64,000 bases of DNA from an uncultured Chloroflexia bacterium (GTDB lineage Bacteria; Chloroflexota; Limnocylindria; Limnocylindrales; CSP1-4): assembly GCA_963704145.1 (NCBI GenBank), contig CAVPHB010000002.1:259878-323877 (forward strand), written 5' to 3'. Position 1 is the stretch's first letter; each line of letters starts with the position of its first letter. The notes beneath the pieces are model-generated. The model did not search any database, had not been told where the DNA came from, and was given only the letters and a program-made list of their open reading frames with translations. This document shows positions 29,454 through 39,126 of the stretch, one piece after another. The translations under genes were made by a program, and so were the position numbers.

Positions 29454-29495
29454 GTGCCGCTCCCCGGCGCCGCGCGCGGGGCGCGGTGTTGCTGA

Positions 29496-30689
29496 CTAGG
29501 CCGAGGCGGCGGCCGGGGCCTTCGCGACGACCTCGGCGATGCGCTCCAAGGCGAGCGCCAGGTTCTCGCGCGAGTTGGCGTAGCTGATCCGGATGTGGTC
29601 GGCGCCGACCTTGCCGAAGGCGGTGCCGGAGAGGACGCACACGCCGCCCTCGTAGAGCAGCTTGTCGGCCAGCTGCGAGCCGTTCATGCCCGTGCCGGCC
29701 ACGTTGGGGAAGACGTAGAACGCGCCGTGCGGCATGCGGCAGCGGATGCCCGGGATGCTTGTTCAGCCCGTCGACGATCAGGCCGCGCCGGGCGCGGAAC
29801 TCCTCGACCATCGCCGTGACCGCGTCCTGCGGACCGGTCAGCGCCTCGACCGCGGCCATCTGCTCGAAGCTGCTGGTGCACGAGACGCTGTTGATGATCA
29901 GCTTGCTGAACGGCTCGACCAGGCCGGGCGGCAGGATCGCGAAGCCGAGCCGCCAGCCGGTCATCGCCCAGGCCTTGCTGAAGCCGTCGAGGACGATCGT
30001 CCGCTCGGCCATGCCGGGCAGCGTCGCGATCGAGAAGTGCTCGCCCTCGAACACGCCGCGGCCGTAGATCTCGTCGGCCAGCACGGTGATGTCGTGCTCG
30101 CGCGCGACGTCGGCGATCGCCTCGATGTCCTCGCGCGTGAGCACGCCGCCGGTTGGGTTGTGGGGCGAGTTGAAGATGATCAGCTTGGTCTTGGGCGTCA
30201 CGAGCGCGCGCAGCTCGTCGGGATCGAAGCGGAAGTCGTTCTCCTCGCGCAGCGCGTAGGGCACCGGCGTGCCGCCCGTGAAGCGGGTCATCGACTCGTA
30301 GATCGGGAAGCCCGGGTCGGGGTAGATGACCTCGTCGCCCGGCTCGATCAGGGCCAGGATGGCGTAGTACATGATCGGCTTGGCGCCGGGCGTCACGACC
30401 ACGTTGGCCGGATCGGCCTCGAAGCCGCGCGAGCGCTTGGACTCCTCGGCGATGGCCTCGCGCAGCTTGGGCTGGCCGAGCGGCGGACCGTAGTGCGTCC
30501 AGCCCTCGTCGAGGGCGCGCTTGGCCGCCTCGCGGATGTTGGCCGGCGTGTCGAAGTCGGGCTCGCCGATCTCGAGGTGGACGACGTGCTTGCCCTGGTC
30601 GCCTCGAGCGCCCGCGCCCGCGCGGCAGCCTCGAAGGCGGTCTCAGTACCGATACCCACCATGCGCTGTGCAAGTTTCATAGCCGGCAT
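29496..30689 (-). CDS. Class I/II pyridoxal-phosphate aminotransferase (aspartate aminotransferase-like), with two frame switches.
   Basis: The pieces are 30393..30689 (MKLAQRMVGIGTETAFE), the first part of 28513..30402 (NSPHNPTGG, SKAWAMTGWRLGF) and 29496..29735 (MPHGAFYVFPNV...ISYANS). The switches are at about 30596 and 29752. Confidence 0.85.
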
Positions 30690-30734
30690 GCTAGCAAAGG
30701 CCGACTCGCCCGCAGAAGTGCCGATCGGCCCCGA

Positions 30735-32741
30735 TCAGAACGTCACGCCGCGCCAGTTCGGCGAGGTCCGGCAAACGTTGGTCTCATCCGCGACTGCTGC
30801 TGCCTTGTCCTTCGGGTCCGTCCCGTCGAGGATCTTGAAGACGTACATGTTGATTGCCGCGCCAGCGCTGTGGTGCTTGAGGACAAGATCGTACGTCGCC
30901 TTGAAAGCATCGACCTCCTGCTGGGTGGGCGGGCTGCAGAATTCCACGATGAGCTCATCGGGGGCATAGTCCGCACTCGGCCTCGGGACCAGAAGGTCGC
31001 AAACCGTTGCGCTGTAGAAGCCCGGATACCAGAGAGTCCGCCCGCCAGAGATCGGGAACGGATCGAGACTGACGAGCGCGAGTACGCCGTCGACCAGCCT
31101 GACGATGTACCACGGCTTGGGCCGCCCTTCGTATGCCTCGATCGCGCCGAACGCTCGCGCCGCGCCGAGCCAGTCGCCCTTATACCAACCTCCGGCTATC
31201 AGCCCCTCGCCGTCAGTCTGCCCAGCCATAGCCTCAAGCTCCGCCTGGGTGGGCACGTAGCGGTCGTAGATCGACGTCCTGCAGGGTGAAGGGCCGACCA
31301 GTGCCTGGAATCGCCCGTGGGCCAGAGCATCGACGTGGCCAGATGAAAGCGCGAGGAAACCTGCGCTCCGCTCAATGACCACCGGGCCCGCGTCGCCGTC
31401 GATCAGCGTGCGATTGCCAAGCGGCTCCGTGAGCGTGACGGTGACCGGCGCCCCAGGCGCTGACGGGCAGTCCTGGTCTCCTGGGCGAGGTCGTACCTCG
31501 AACGTGATCGCAACTTCTGTCGCGCCATATTCGATCGTTGGCCCCTCAATGCGGCCCTCTGGGCTCACGCCACTGGCGCACGAGTATTCGTAGACAACCA
31601 ACCTGAGCTCGGTCGAAGAGTCCGTGGGCCGCTCATCTGGCGCTAACTCCCACCAAGCCGAGCCCGTGCCCGAGCCGAGTCGACGGCCGTCCAAAGTTGC
31701 CTTGATGGTGGCGCCCGGCACCTCCCGAGAGAGGCGGATTTCGACCGCAACCAGGACGCCAACCCCAGAGCAGCCCTCGACGATGATGTCGCCCTCGACG
31801 ATTTCGAGTTGGTAGGCACGCCCACTTTGCCCAAAGTCGATCGTGATCGATCGCATACATGACCAGTGCGTCCAGGTCAGCGTGATTGCCGACAGGTTCT
31901 CGCTCTGCACGACACCTTCGCCGGAGCTCGGAGGATCGACCGGCGTGCAGGACTCCACGATCCCCACCCAATCAACCAGCCGCGCCAGTGTGCTGCACGG
32001 CTGGGGCTTGGGGCTCGCAGAGGGACTGGAGTTCGGTGTGGGGCTCTTCACGGGTTCGGACGGCTGGACCCGGATGACGATCGAAGCCGACATTTCCAGC
32101 TCCGAGCCGCAGCCCTGCTGGCCAAACTGCGCAACAGCGAAGATTCGCCATGTGCCGGCCGGTAGCCTCAGGATCGGGTCATTGAAGTAGGCACGCCAGA
32201 ACTCGGCGTCAGGGCCGCTGTTCGAGAATCCGCCGCTCTTGCTGAATTCAGTCACGAGCGGTACTCCGGCGCTCAATTCGTAGAGACGACACGCCTCGTC
32301 CCATGCTGGTCCGTTGCGGATGTCGCCATCCTGTTGCTCGATGCCAAAACCGATCAACTCGGTGGCTCCCGTGACAGTGATCACCGGCGTCGCACCGCCG
32401 TAGGCGAAGGTAGCTACCACATGGATGGGCTCGCCGGCTGAGTAGTCGGAGCGCGCCGAGCTGATCGTCAATGTGAAGTCCCCCGAGCGCTCGGTAGACG
32501 AAATCGCACTGGTGCTCACGGACGGGCCAGGACCGTCCGGCCCATATCGCGGAAGCGCCACGACGAGGAGGATCAGTGCTGCGGCGATGCCGACGAGGCC
32601 CGCCAGGGGCGCCAGGCGCGAGGCGCGGACCGGGATCGGCCGCGTGTCGATCGCATCGCGCACGGCGGCGGCAAACCCGGGACCCGGATCGGCGATGTTG
32701 GCGCGGCGCTCGAGTTGGGCGCGCAGCTCGTCGTCGTTCAT
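30735..32741 (-). CDS. Putative anti-sigma factor: a single-pass membrane protein with a large extracytoplasmic region.
   Basis: The ATG at 32741 (MNDDELRAQLERRAN) overlaps the sigma-factor stop (ATGA). It has one TM helix (LAGLVGIAAALILLVVAL). The C-terminal ~70 aa (DELIVEF...EVDAFKATYDLVL...YVFKI) resemble a subtilisin-propeptide/I9-type fold. Confidence 0.7.
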   Translation of the reverse strand: MNDDELRAQLERRANIADPGPGFAAAVRDAIDTRPIPVRASRLAPLAGLVGIAAALILLVVALPRYGPDGPGPSVSTSAISSTERSGDFTLTISSARSDYSAGEPIHVVATFAYGGATPVITVTGATELIGFGIEQQDGDIRNGPAWDEACRLYELSAGVPLVTEFSKSGGFSNSGPDAEFWRAYFNDPILRLPAGTWRIFAVAQFGQQGCGSELEMSASIVIRVQPSEPVKSPTPNSSPSASPKPQPCSTLARLVDWVGIVESCTPVDPPSSGEGVVQSENLSAITLTWTHWSCMRSITIDFGQSGRAYQLEIVEGDIIVEGCSGVGVLVAVEIRLSREVPGATIKATLDGRRLGSGTGSAWWELAPDERPTDSSTELRLVVYEYSCASGVSPEGRIEGPTIEYGATEVAITFEVRPRPGDQDCPSAPGAPVTVTLTEPLGNRTLIDGDAGPVVIERSAGFLALSSGHVDALAHGRFQALVGPSPCRTSIYDRYVPTQAELEAMAGQTDGEGLIAGGWYKGDWLGAARAFGAIEAYEGRPKPWYIVRLVDGVLALVSLDPFPISGGRTLWYPGFYSATVCDLLVPRPSADYAPDELIVEFCSPPTQQEVDAFKATYDLVLKHHSAGAAINMYVFKILDGTDPKDKAAAVADETNVCRTSPNWRGVTF

Positions 32742-33247
32742 GACTCGCGCAGTTCCCCGGCGAGCGCCTTGCGTGCCCGCGAGAGTCGCCACTTGACCGT
32801 TCCGCTCGGAATGCCAAGCCACGCGGCGATCTCGCGCACGCCGTAGCCGTGGACGTGGTGGAGGACCAGGATCGCGCGCTGGTCGACTGGCAGTCGGTTG
32901 AATGCCTCGTCGAAGTCGGTCGAATTGGTGGGCTTGCTGTCGAAATCGGCCAAATCGGGCGAATCGGAAACCGATACCTCGCGCACCCGCCCGCGGTGGC
33001 GCAGCGCCATGCGGCACTGGTTGATCAGGATGCGCCCCAGCCAGGCGTCGAACCGGTCAAGGTCGCGCAGCCCGGCAAACCCCCGCCAGGCGCTGATGAA
33101 CGTCTCCTGCGTTGCGTCGCGCGCGTCCGCCTCATTGCCCACGATCGCCAGCGCCGTGCGGAACAGCGGTTCGCCCTTGGCCAACACGATCGACTCAAAC
33201 GCCTCCCGATCTCCGGCACGTGCTCGAACCAGGAGCTCGCGATCCAT
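32738..33247 (-). CDS. ECF-type RNA polymerase sigma-70 factor.
   Basis: The start is ATG 33247 (MDRELLVRARAGDREAFE). Region 2 is ATQETFISAWRG and region 4 is VREIAAWLGIPSGTVKWRLSRARKAL. Confidence 0.9.
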   Translation of the reverse strand: MDRELLVRARAGDREAFESIVLAKGEPLFRTALAIVGNEADARDATQETFISAWRGFAGLRDLDRFDAWLGRILINQCRMALRHRGRVREVSVSDSPDLADFDSKPTNSTDFDEAFNRLPVDQRAILVLHHVHGYGVREIAAWLGIPSGTVKWRLSRARKALAGELRES

Positions 33248-33339
33248 CCACTCCCTCGATGCGCTGGCCGGTTCCGATGAATAGATGCCGGCGACGGCGA
33301 TTCGGTTGGCTATTGGCAGCGTAGTGCGAGAATCGGTCC

Positions 33340-33483
33340 ATGGCGCGCTACTTCGGGATCGATCAGGCAAACACCCTGCTGGCCGAGGTGCGGCCGCTGC
33401 TGGAGGGCTTGCGTTCCGACCGCGACCGGGTGACAGAAGTGCCCTTCGGCACTGGTGCAACGGGGCGGCCCGGGCAAACATGA
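33340..33483 (+). pseudogene. Truncated 5' copy of the DUF2203 gene found at 34971..35372.
   Basis: MARYFGIDQANTLLAEVRPLLEGLRSDRDRV matches MASYFGIDQANARLADVRPLLEQLRSDRDRV. I counted 46 of the first 60 nt as identical. The sequence then degenerates and stops. Confidence 0.45.
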
Positions 33484-33611
33484 CGAGCGGAGCGGAAACG
33501 CGACCGCGGTAGCGGCGCGGTCAGCGCCGAGCCGCTGCGCGTCCCGCATGGCTGGTCAGGCGGGGCGGGCGGGGAGTGTCCGGGTCCGCCGCTTGCTGGA
33601 GGCCTTGCGCA

Positions 33612-34943
33612 ATGTCTGCCCGTCGCGTGAGATCGGCCCTCGGCGCCTGTCTCGTCGTTGTCGTCGTGTCATCCACCCTCGTCTCGTGCACGTCCATCCC
33701 GTCGCCTCAGTTGGGCTCGCCAATTCCGTCTGGCCCGCCTGCCGTGGGCCCATCCCCGAGCGGCGAGATAGTCGCTCCAGCGCCGAGCGGCCAACTCGAC
33801 CAACCGATCCAGGGCGCTTCGACTTACCGAGCTCCCGACTGGGTGCAGCCCGGCACGCGGATGACCTACTACGGCGCTGCCGCGTCGGTCGTCCAGAGCT
33901 ACTACACGTACGTGGAGGACGAGCGCGGCGAGTGGGAGGACCCGAAGACCGGCAAGCGCTATCACCGCACGGACGAGGGCCGCGAGCCGCAGGACATGCC
34001 GACCGCCGCCGGCGAGGCGTACACCCAGACCGACGTCCTCGCGCTCGAGGGCAACACCGTGGCGATGACGACGACGCTCTACAGCATCGACCTTCTGTCA
34101 CGGCAGTTCGTGATCAACCCGATCGGGGGCTACAGCGGGCCGTGCGCCGCGGTCGACGGCGCCTGGGTGCATCCATCGCTCCTGCAGGATCTGCTTACGA
34201 CCGGGTACGGCGACCAGATGATCCTGCGCGGCCCGTATGCCCTCAACGGCACGACGTACGATGGGGTGAGCTTCCTGAGCCGGGCACCCGGCGCATACCA
34301 GGATTCGACGTTCGACGCCTCGTCCGGCGCCCTGCTGGCCACGAATACGAGCGTGGAGGGCCAGGGTGCGCCCGTCCACGGGCCGATCGACGAACCGCAA
34401 GGCAACGTTCAGCTCTCCTACACGCGCCTCGTCGGCGTACGCCAGCTGGATGTGCCCGGGATCGGCGCACCGGTGCCCGAGTGGGTGAGCCGATCGAGCA
34501 CGCTCACGTATGGCGGGACCGTCACGATTGTCAACCCGATGGACCCTTCGGGGGTGTTTTCGTACCCAATGCAGGCGACGGTGACGTTCGGTGATGTCGG
34601 GCAGACATGGGCGAAGTTCACCAGCCACTCGGTGGTCGATTACGGCCTGTACCAGCAGCCGGCCGATGCCAGCGGAACTACCGGTGCGACAGGTGTGTAC
34701 TGGTACGACCCGTTCAGCCTGTCCACGTTCCAACCTGGCCAGGTTCTCGATGAAGATCCCATTACCGGCGCGCGCGTGACCGTCGAATCGTCCGACCCCG
34801 GCGGCCTCGTCTCGCTCCTGACCGAGATGAACGGCGCCAGCGTTCGACTGGGCTACGACGCCGCCAGCGGCGTGCTGGTGTCGATGGAGACGACCAACGC
34901 CACGACCGGCATCACTGTTCAGCTGCAGCTGACGCAGGGCTGA
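33612..34943 (+). CDS. Secreted lipoprotein, function unknown.
   Basis: The ATG at 33612 gives MSARRVRSALGACLVVVVVSSTLVSC, with a lipobox. The frame is intact to 34943. No family recognised. Confidence 0.8.
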   Translation: MSARRVRSALGACLVVVVVSSTLVSCTSIPSPQLGSPIPSGPPAVGPSPSGEIVAPAPSGQLDQPIQGASTYRAPDWVQPGTRMTYYGAAASVVQSYYTYVEDERGEWEDPKTGKRYHRTDEGREPQDMPTAAGEAYTQTDVLALEGNTVAMTTTLYSIDLLSRQFVINPIGGYSGPCAAVDGAWVHPSLLQDLLTTGYGDQMILRGPYALNGTTYDGVSFLSRAPGAYQDSTFDASSGALLATNTSVEGQGAPVHGPIDEPQGNVQLSYTRLVGVRQLDVPGIGAPVPEWVSRSSTLTYGGTVTIVNPMDPSGVFSYPMQATVTFGDVGQTWAKFTSHSVVDYGLYQQPADASGTTGATGVYWYDPFSLSTFQPGQVLDEDPITGARVTVESSDPGGLVSLLTEMNGASVRLGYDAASGVLVSMETTNATTGITVQLQLTQG

Positions 34944-34970
34944 CCCACCGGGTGGTGTCGGAATTCGCAG

Positions 34971-35372
34971 GTGGCGAGCTATTTCGGAATCGACCAAGCC
35001 AACGCCAGACTTGCCGACGTTCGGCCGCTGCTCGAGCAGCTGCGGTCCGACCGCGACCGGGTAGCCGAGCTGCAGCCCGAGATCCAGCGCGGGCGTGAGA
35101 CGAACGGGTCCGCGGAGCATGCCGAGCAACAGGCGCGCAACGAGCAGGAGTTGCGCCAGACTGTCCGACGGATGCAGAGGGCCGTGACCCAGATCGACGA
35201 GTGGGGCGTGACCCTGCGCGACATCGGCTCGGGCTTGATCGACTTCCCGGCGCTCGCCAGCGGGCGGCCGATCTGGCTGTGCTGGCGCCTGGGCGAGGGT
35301 GACGCGATCGGCTGGTGGCACGAGATCAACGCCGGCTTTGACTCGCGCCAGCCATTATCCGAGCTGACCTAA
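34971..35372 (+). CDS. DUF2203-family protein.
   Basis: 133-aa ORF with the YFGIDQAN N-terminus and GLIDFPALASGRPIWLCWRLGEGDAIGWWHE, which match my recollection of DUF2203. Confidence 0.75.
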   Translation: MASYFGIDQANARLADVRPLLEQLRSDRDRVAELQPEIQRGRETNGSAEHAEQQARNEQELRQTVRRMQRAVTQIDEWGVTLRDIGSGLIDFPALASGRPIWLCWRLGEGDAIGWWHEINAGFDSRQPLSELT

Positions 35373-35753
35373 GGCGCCCACCACCGAGCTGGCCTAGACG
35401 CCCACTACCGAATCGGCCCGACGTACTTGGGCAAGCGCGCGACTAGCGAGCACTAACCGGCATCTGGCCAGACCTTCCACCCTGTGGGGCCGCGCCTGGC
35501 AGCGGGCCAAGCGTGACTTCGGCAGACGCTGCGGCGCGAACCTGGTCAACTGCCCTTCGGCCGGACACTATGTCGATTGGTTGTGCCGGTACCTCGCCTG
35601 GCGGTCCCGGGCCGCGCACTAGGCCATGAATCGGAGGCATTTCGCAGTCTTGTGCCTCCCCCGGGCGCATATGGCCAAGTGGTCACGCGAAGGCGCGAGA
35701 TAACGCTCGCCATCAGTTCATATGGGGCAATCCGGTGTCCCGAGGCAGCGCGA

Positions 35754-37243
35754 CTAGGACTGGTACTCGTCCTCAGGTGGCGGGCGGAAGCGGCCGCGCG
35801 TGATCCACCTGAAGAAGCGGAACGTCTCGGGCCGATGGGAGAACATCCAGCCCACGACGACGAGCAGGACAAAGTCGCCCAGGGCGGCCGTGCCGGCGAC
35901 GAGGTAGCCCAGCTGCTGACCGATCTCGCCCTTGATCGACAGGGCCGGGATTGTCAGCCCGAACAGGCCCACGCGGAAGTACGGCGTGCGCGGCGCCAGA
36001 TCGGCTCGATTGGTGGTCGCGAGCTGCTCCGTGCCGGTCGACCCGCCGGAGATGTAGACGTACTGGCCGACGACCGCCGCAGCGGCGCCGGCGCGCGGCT
36101 CGGGCAGGTCGGTCGCGTCGAGACGCAGCCATTCCTTGATCGTTCCGTCGGTCGCCGCGGGCACCGTCCAGTAGTTGGTCGCGGCGATCGAGCCATCAAC
36201 CGCCTGTCCGCCGAGGACGTACAGCGCGCCAGAGTTGACGAACGTGGTGTGCCCGGTACGGGGCTCAGGCAACGCCGCCGAAGCGGATTGGGCAACGGAC
36301 ACGCCCCAGCCATACGGACGGCCGGTGGCGCTGTTGACCGACGGCTGGCCGTGCGTGTCCAGGCCAAGATAGAAGACTGAGTTCGTGACGCCGCTCGGGC
36401 CGGTGCCGCCGATGACGAACACCGCTGTGCCGGTGGTCGCCGCGCTGGCGTCGGCACGCGGCTCGGGCAGCCGCAGCTCGGTCAGATCGACCCACTTCTG
36501 CAGTTTGGCCTGGCCGGTGGTCGTGAGCGTGGAGTGGTAGGTCGCCGCCGACAGGCCGTTGGCAGTACGACCGCCAAAGATGTACATGCCGGTCCCGGTT
36601 GACACGCCGCTCAGGTCGGCCAGCGCGACGGGCAGGGCCAGGTCGGCAACGGCCTCCCAGCCGGTCAGCATGCCCTGCGCGACGACGCCGCGGAAGGTCG
36701 TGCTGGTGGGCATACCAGCAGCGTCATAGCCGCCCACGACATAAGGCACGCCGTTGAGGGTGAGGACCGCGGCGCCGGCGCGCGGCTCGGGCAAGGCTGG
36801 CCCTTCCTGCCAGGCGGAGAGGTTGCCCCCGGTGGCCCTGGTCAAGAGGACACTGGCGGTGGCGCCGGAGCCGTTCTGGCCGCCGACGAGGTAGAGCGTC
36901 TCGCCCGAGGTGAAAGCGCCGGCTGGACTGCGGCCGCCCGGCAGCGCCAGCTCGGGCGGGCTGGGCTCCCACGGGATGACTGCGCCGGCCGGCGCGGGAC
37001 AGGGCAACGTCGTTGTTCTCGGCCGGACACAGGTTGATCGGGCTGATCGCGTTGTAGCCGACGTCGACCGTCGGCGACACGGTGAGGTAGTAGGCCCGGT
37101 CGGGCAGGTAGCCGAGCAGGAAGATGATCAGCAGGAACCAGAAGGTGGCCTTGATCGACGGCCCACGTCCAGCCGTCGGCGTCGAACAGACCGAAGACAG
37201 CGCGGCGGCGTACGGCCCCCGGCGGAAGCGCCTGCAGGGCCAT
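35754..37243 (-). CDS. Kelch-repeat protein with an N-terminal TM helix and a C-terminal membrane anchor. Two frame switches near the 5' end.
   Basis: The 417-aa ORF 35754..37007 has repeated LPEPR...GG...Y..GG blades. The N-terminus is recovered from two other frames (MALQALPPG..., then IKATFWFLLIIFLLGYLPDRAYYLTV). The switches are at about 37165 and 37008. The ATG abuts the upstream stop (TAGATG). Confidence 0.8.
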
Positions 37244-38380
37244 CTAGGGCGCGGCCGCCGGGGCGACGAGGAAGTCCCCGTGCATCGTCTGGTAGTGACC
37301 CAGCACGGTGCACGCGAACTGCAGGCTGGTCGGGCACGTTGTCGAACGTGTAGGTGAACGTCTTGGTCGCCGCAGTGAACGTGTCGACGCCGGGCAGATC
37401 GGTCTGCTCGGGCGCACTCGACAGCTCGGTCGGCGCTGCCGATGTGGAAGTTGTGCGGGATCGGCGTCTCGTTGATGACGCGGAACTCGACTGTCTCGCC
37501 GGCGACGACGCGATGGTGGTCGACCCGGTCACCACTCACCGGATCGACCCACTGGATGTTCTCGGCGGCGCGAATCTCGATCACGCGCGGGCTGTCGACA
37601 GTGCCCGGGTTGGCGACCGGTGTCGGGGTGCCGCTCGGGGCGGCGCTGGCCGGCGCACGCCAGCACGCGGGCACCGGCGTGGCGTCCGGCGCGGGTGAGT
37701 AGGCGGGATCGCGCCAGCCCTCGACGGCGACTGGCGGCGGAATCGTCGCGGGCGGCCTCCACGTGTTCCGGCTGATAGACGAACTGGGTGTCCTTGCTGG
37801 CGGTGATGAACTTGATGATGTCCTCTACTTCGCGGTAGTTGAGCGGCACCGTCCGGCTCTAGCCAGGCAGGCATGACGCTCTTGGGGTCGCCGCACACGT
37901 AGCGGCCGCCCTCGCTCAGGACCGCGCGCAGGTAGTCCGGGTTGAGATGGCCCGGGCCGGGCAGGCCGCGCGCGGTCAAGGCCGTCGAACAGCTTGGCCT
38001 GGTCGTTGAGCGCCGGGCCGACACCGCCCTGGCCGGTGTCGCCGTGACAACGGGCGCAGTTGGCCAGGTAGAGCGCGTAGCCACGCGACACGTCGGTGAC
38101 GTACTGCTGCTCGCGCCTCGGCCTCGAGCCGACCCTGGACGCCGAGCACGGGCAGGCCGATGTCGTACAGCCAGTAGAGCGGAATGAAGAGCACCAGCAC
38201 CAGCGCGCCGAGGAAGGCGACCATCCGCGCGTTGCCGCTCTGGCGCACGATCTGCGCCGCGCGCTCCTCGGTCAGCCCGACCGTGTGGGCCTGCTGCGCC
38301 GGCGGTGAAGCGCTCGCCGGCTGGCGGGTGCCGGCTGGGGCAGGGATGCCTCGCGCGGGTGACCGCGCCTGCCGGCTCAT
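37244..38380 (-). CDS. Membrane-anchored c-type cytochrome that appears fused to a cupredoxin domain. Heavily frame-switched.
   Basis: The start is MSRQARSP at 38380. It has a TM helix (MVAFLGALVLVLFIPLYWL) and a haem site (YLANCARCHGDTGQG). After a PA-rich linker comes a cupredoxin (VEFRVINETPIPHNFHIG ... LQFACTVLGHYQTMHGDFLV, stop TAG 37244-37246). It is pieced together from three frames by hand. Confidence 0.65.
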
Positions 38381-39096
38381 CCGGCCGCGGCGTCAACTCG
38401 CGGTCTGCGGTACGTCGATCCGCTCACACGCAGCCCTGCGGCGATCGGGCCGGGATCAGACCGGGCTGACCGAGCGGCGACAGGCAGCGGCCCAAGCGTG
38501 ATGCGTGACGTGTCCACGGTCAGCACGCCGTCGTCGATCGTGTGCGCGAAGCGGTCCAGGCTGCGCGGTGCCGGCCCGAGCTCGCGCACCTTGATCCCCA
38601 GCCGGTCGTAGCGCGAGCCATGGCAGGCGCACTCGAACCAGTAGTTGGTGGTGCAGAAGTTGGGCTTGCAGCCGAGGTGCGGGCAGCGCTGATAGAGCGT
38701 CCGAACGTTGGTGTTGAGCCCCTCTCCGTCTGTGCTCGCGCCATCGGAGAAGCCGCGCGTCGGGTCGACCAGCTGGATGTACGCCCGGGCGAGCGGAAAA
38801 TAGGCCGGTGCTCCGTCGGGCAGGCTCGCGCCCTGCACGGCCGGGTTGCCGACGACGAGCGTCGAAGTCGCCCAGCTCGATCGTGCCGCCGAAACCGCGC
38901 GAGAGGTTGGGCCACAGGAAGCCGAGCAGCCCGCCGGTGACCTCGAGCAGCCACAGACCCGACGCCGGCGCCGATCGAGCGCCGGATCAGCGTCCGCCGC
39001 GACAGCCCGGCGGGACGGCCGTGGCGCATCTCGCGCTAGCACGTCGCGCGTCAGCGTCTGCGGCTCCTGCCAGCGGGCGAGCTTCCAGTTACCCAT
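38377..39096 (-). CDS. Rieske 2Fe-2S subunit of a cytochrome bc-type complex, frame-switched.
   Basis: It has CPHLGC...CACHGSRYD boxes. The N-terminal Tat-like segment [13 protein letters not shown] and the TM helix [16 protein letters not shown] lie in other frames, so there are at least 3 switches. Confidence 0.8.
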   Translation of the reverse strand: MGNWKLARWQEPQTLTRDVLARDAPRPSRRAVAADADPALDRRRRRVCGCSRSPAGCSASCGPTSRAVSAARSSWATSTLVVGNPAVQGASLPDGAPAYFPLARAYIQLVDPTRGFSDGASTDGEGLNTNVRTLYQRCPHLGCKPNFCTTNYWFECACHGSRYDRLGIKVRELGPAPRSLDRFAHTIDDGVLTVDTSRITLGPLPVAARSARSDPGPIAAGLRVSGSTYRRPRVDAAAG

Positions 39097-39126
39097 TTCG
39101 GATCACGCGCGGCTGCCAATCGGTCA

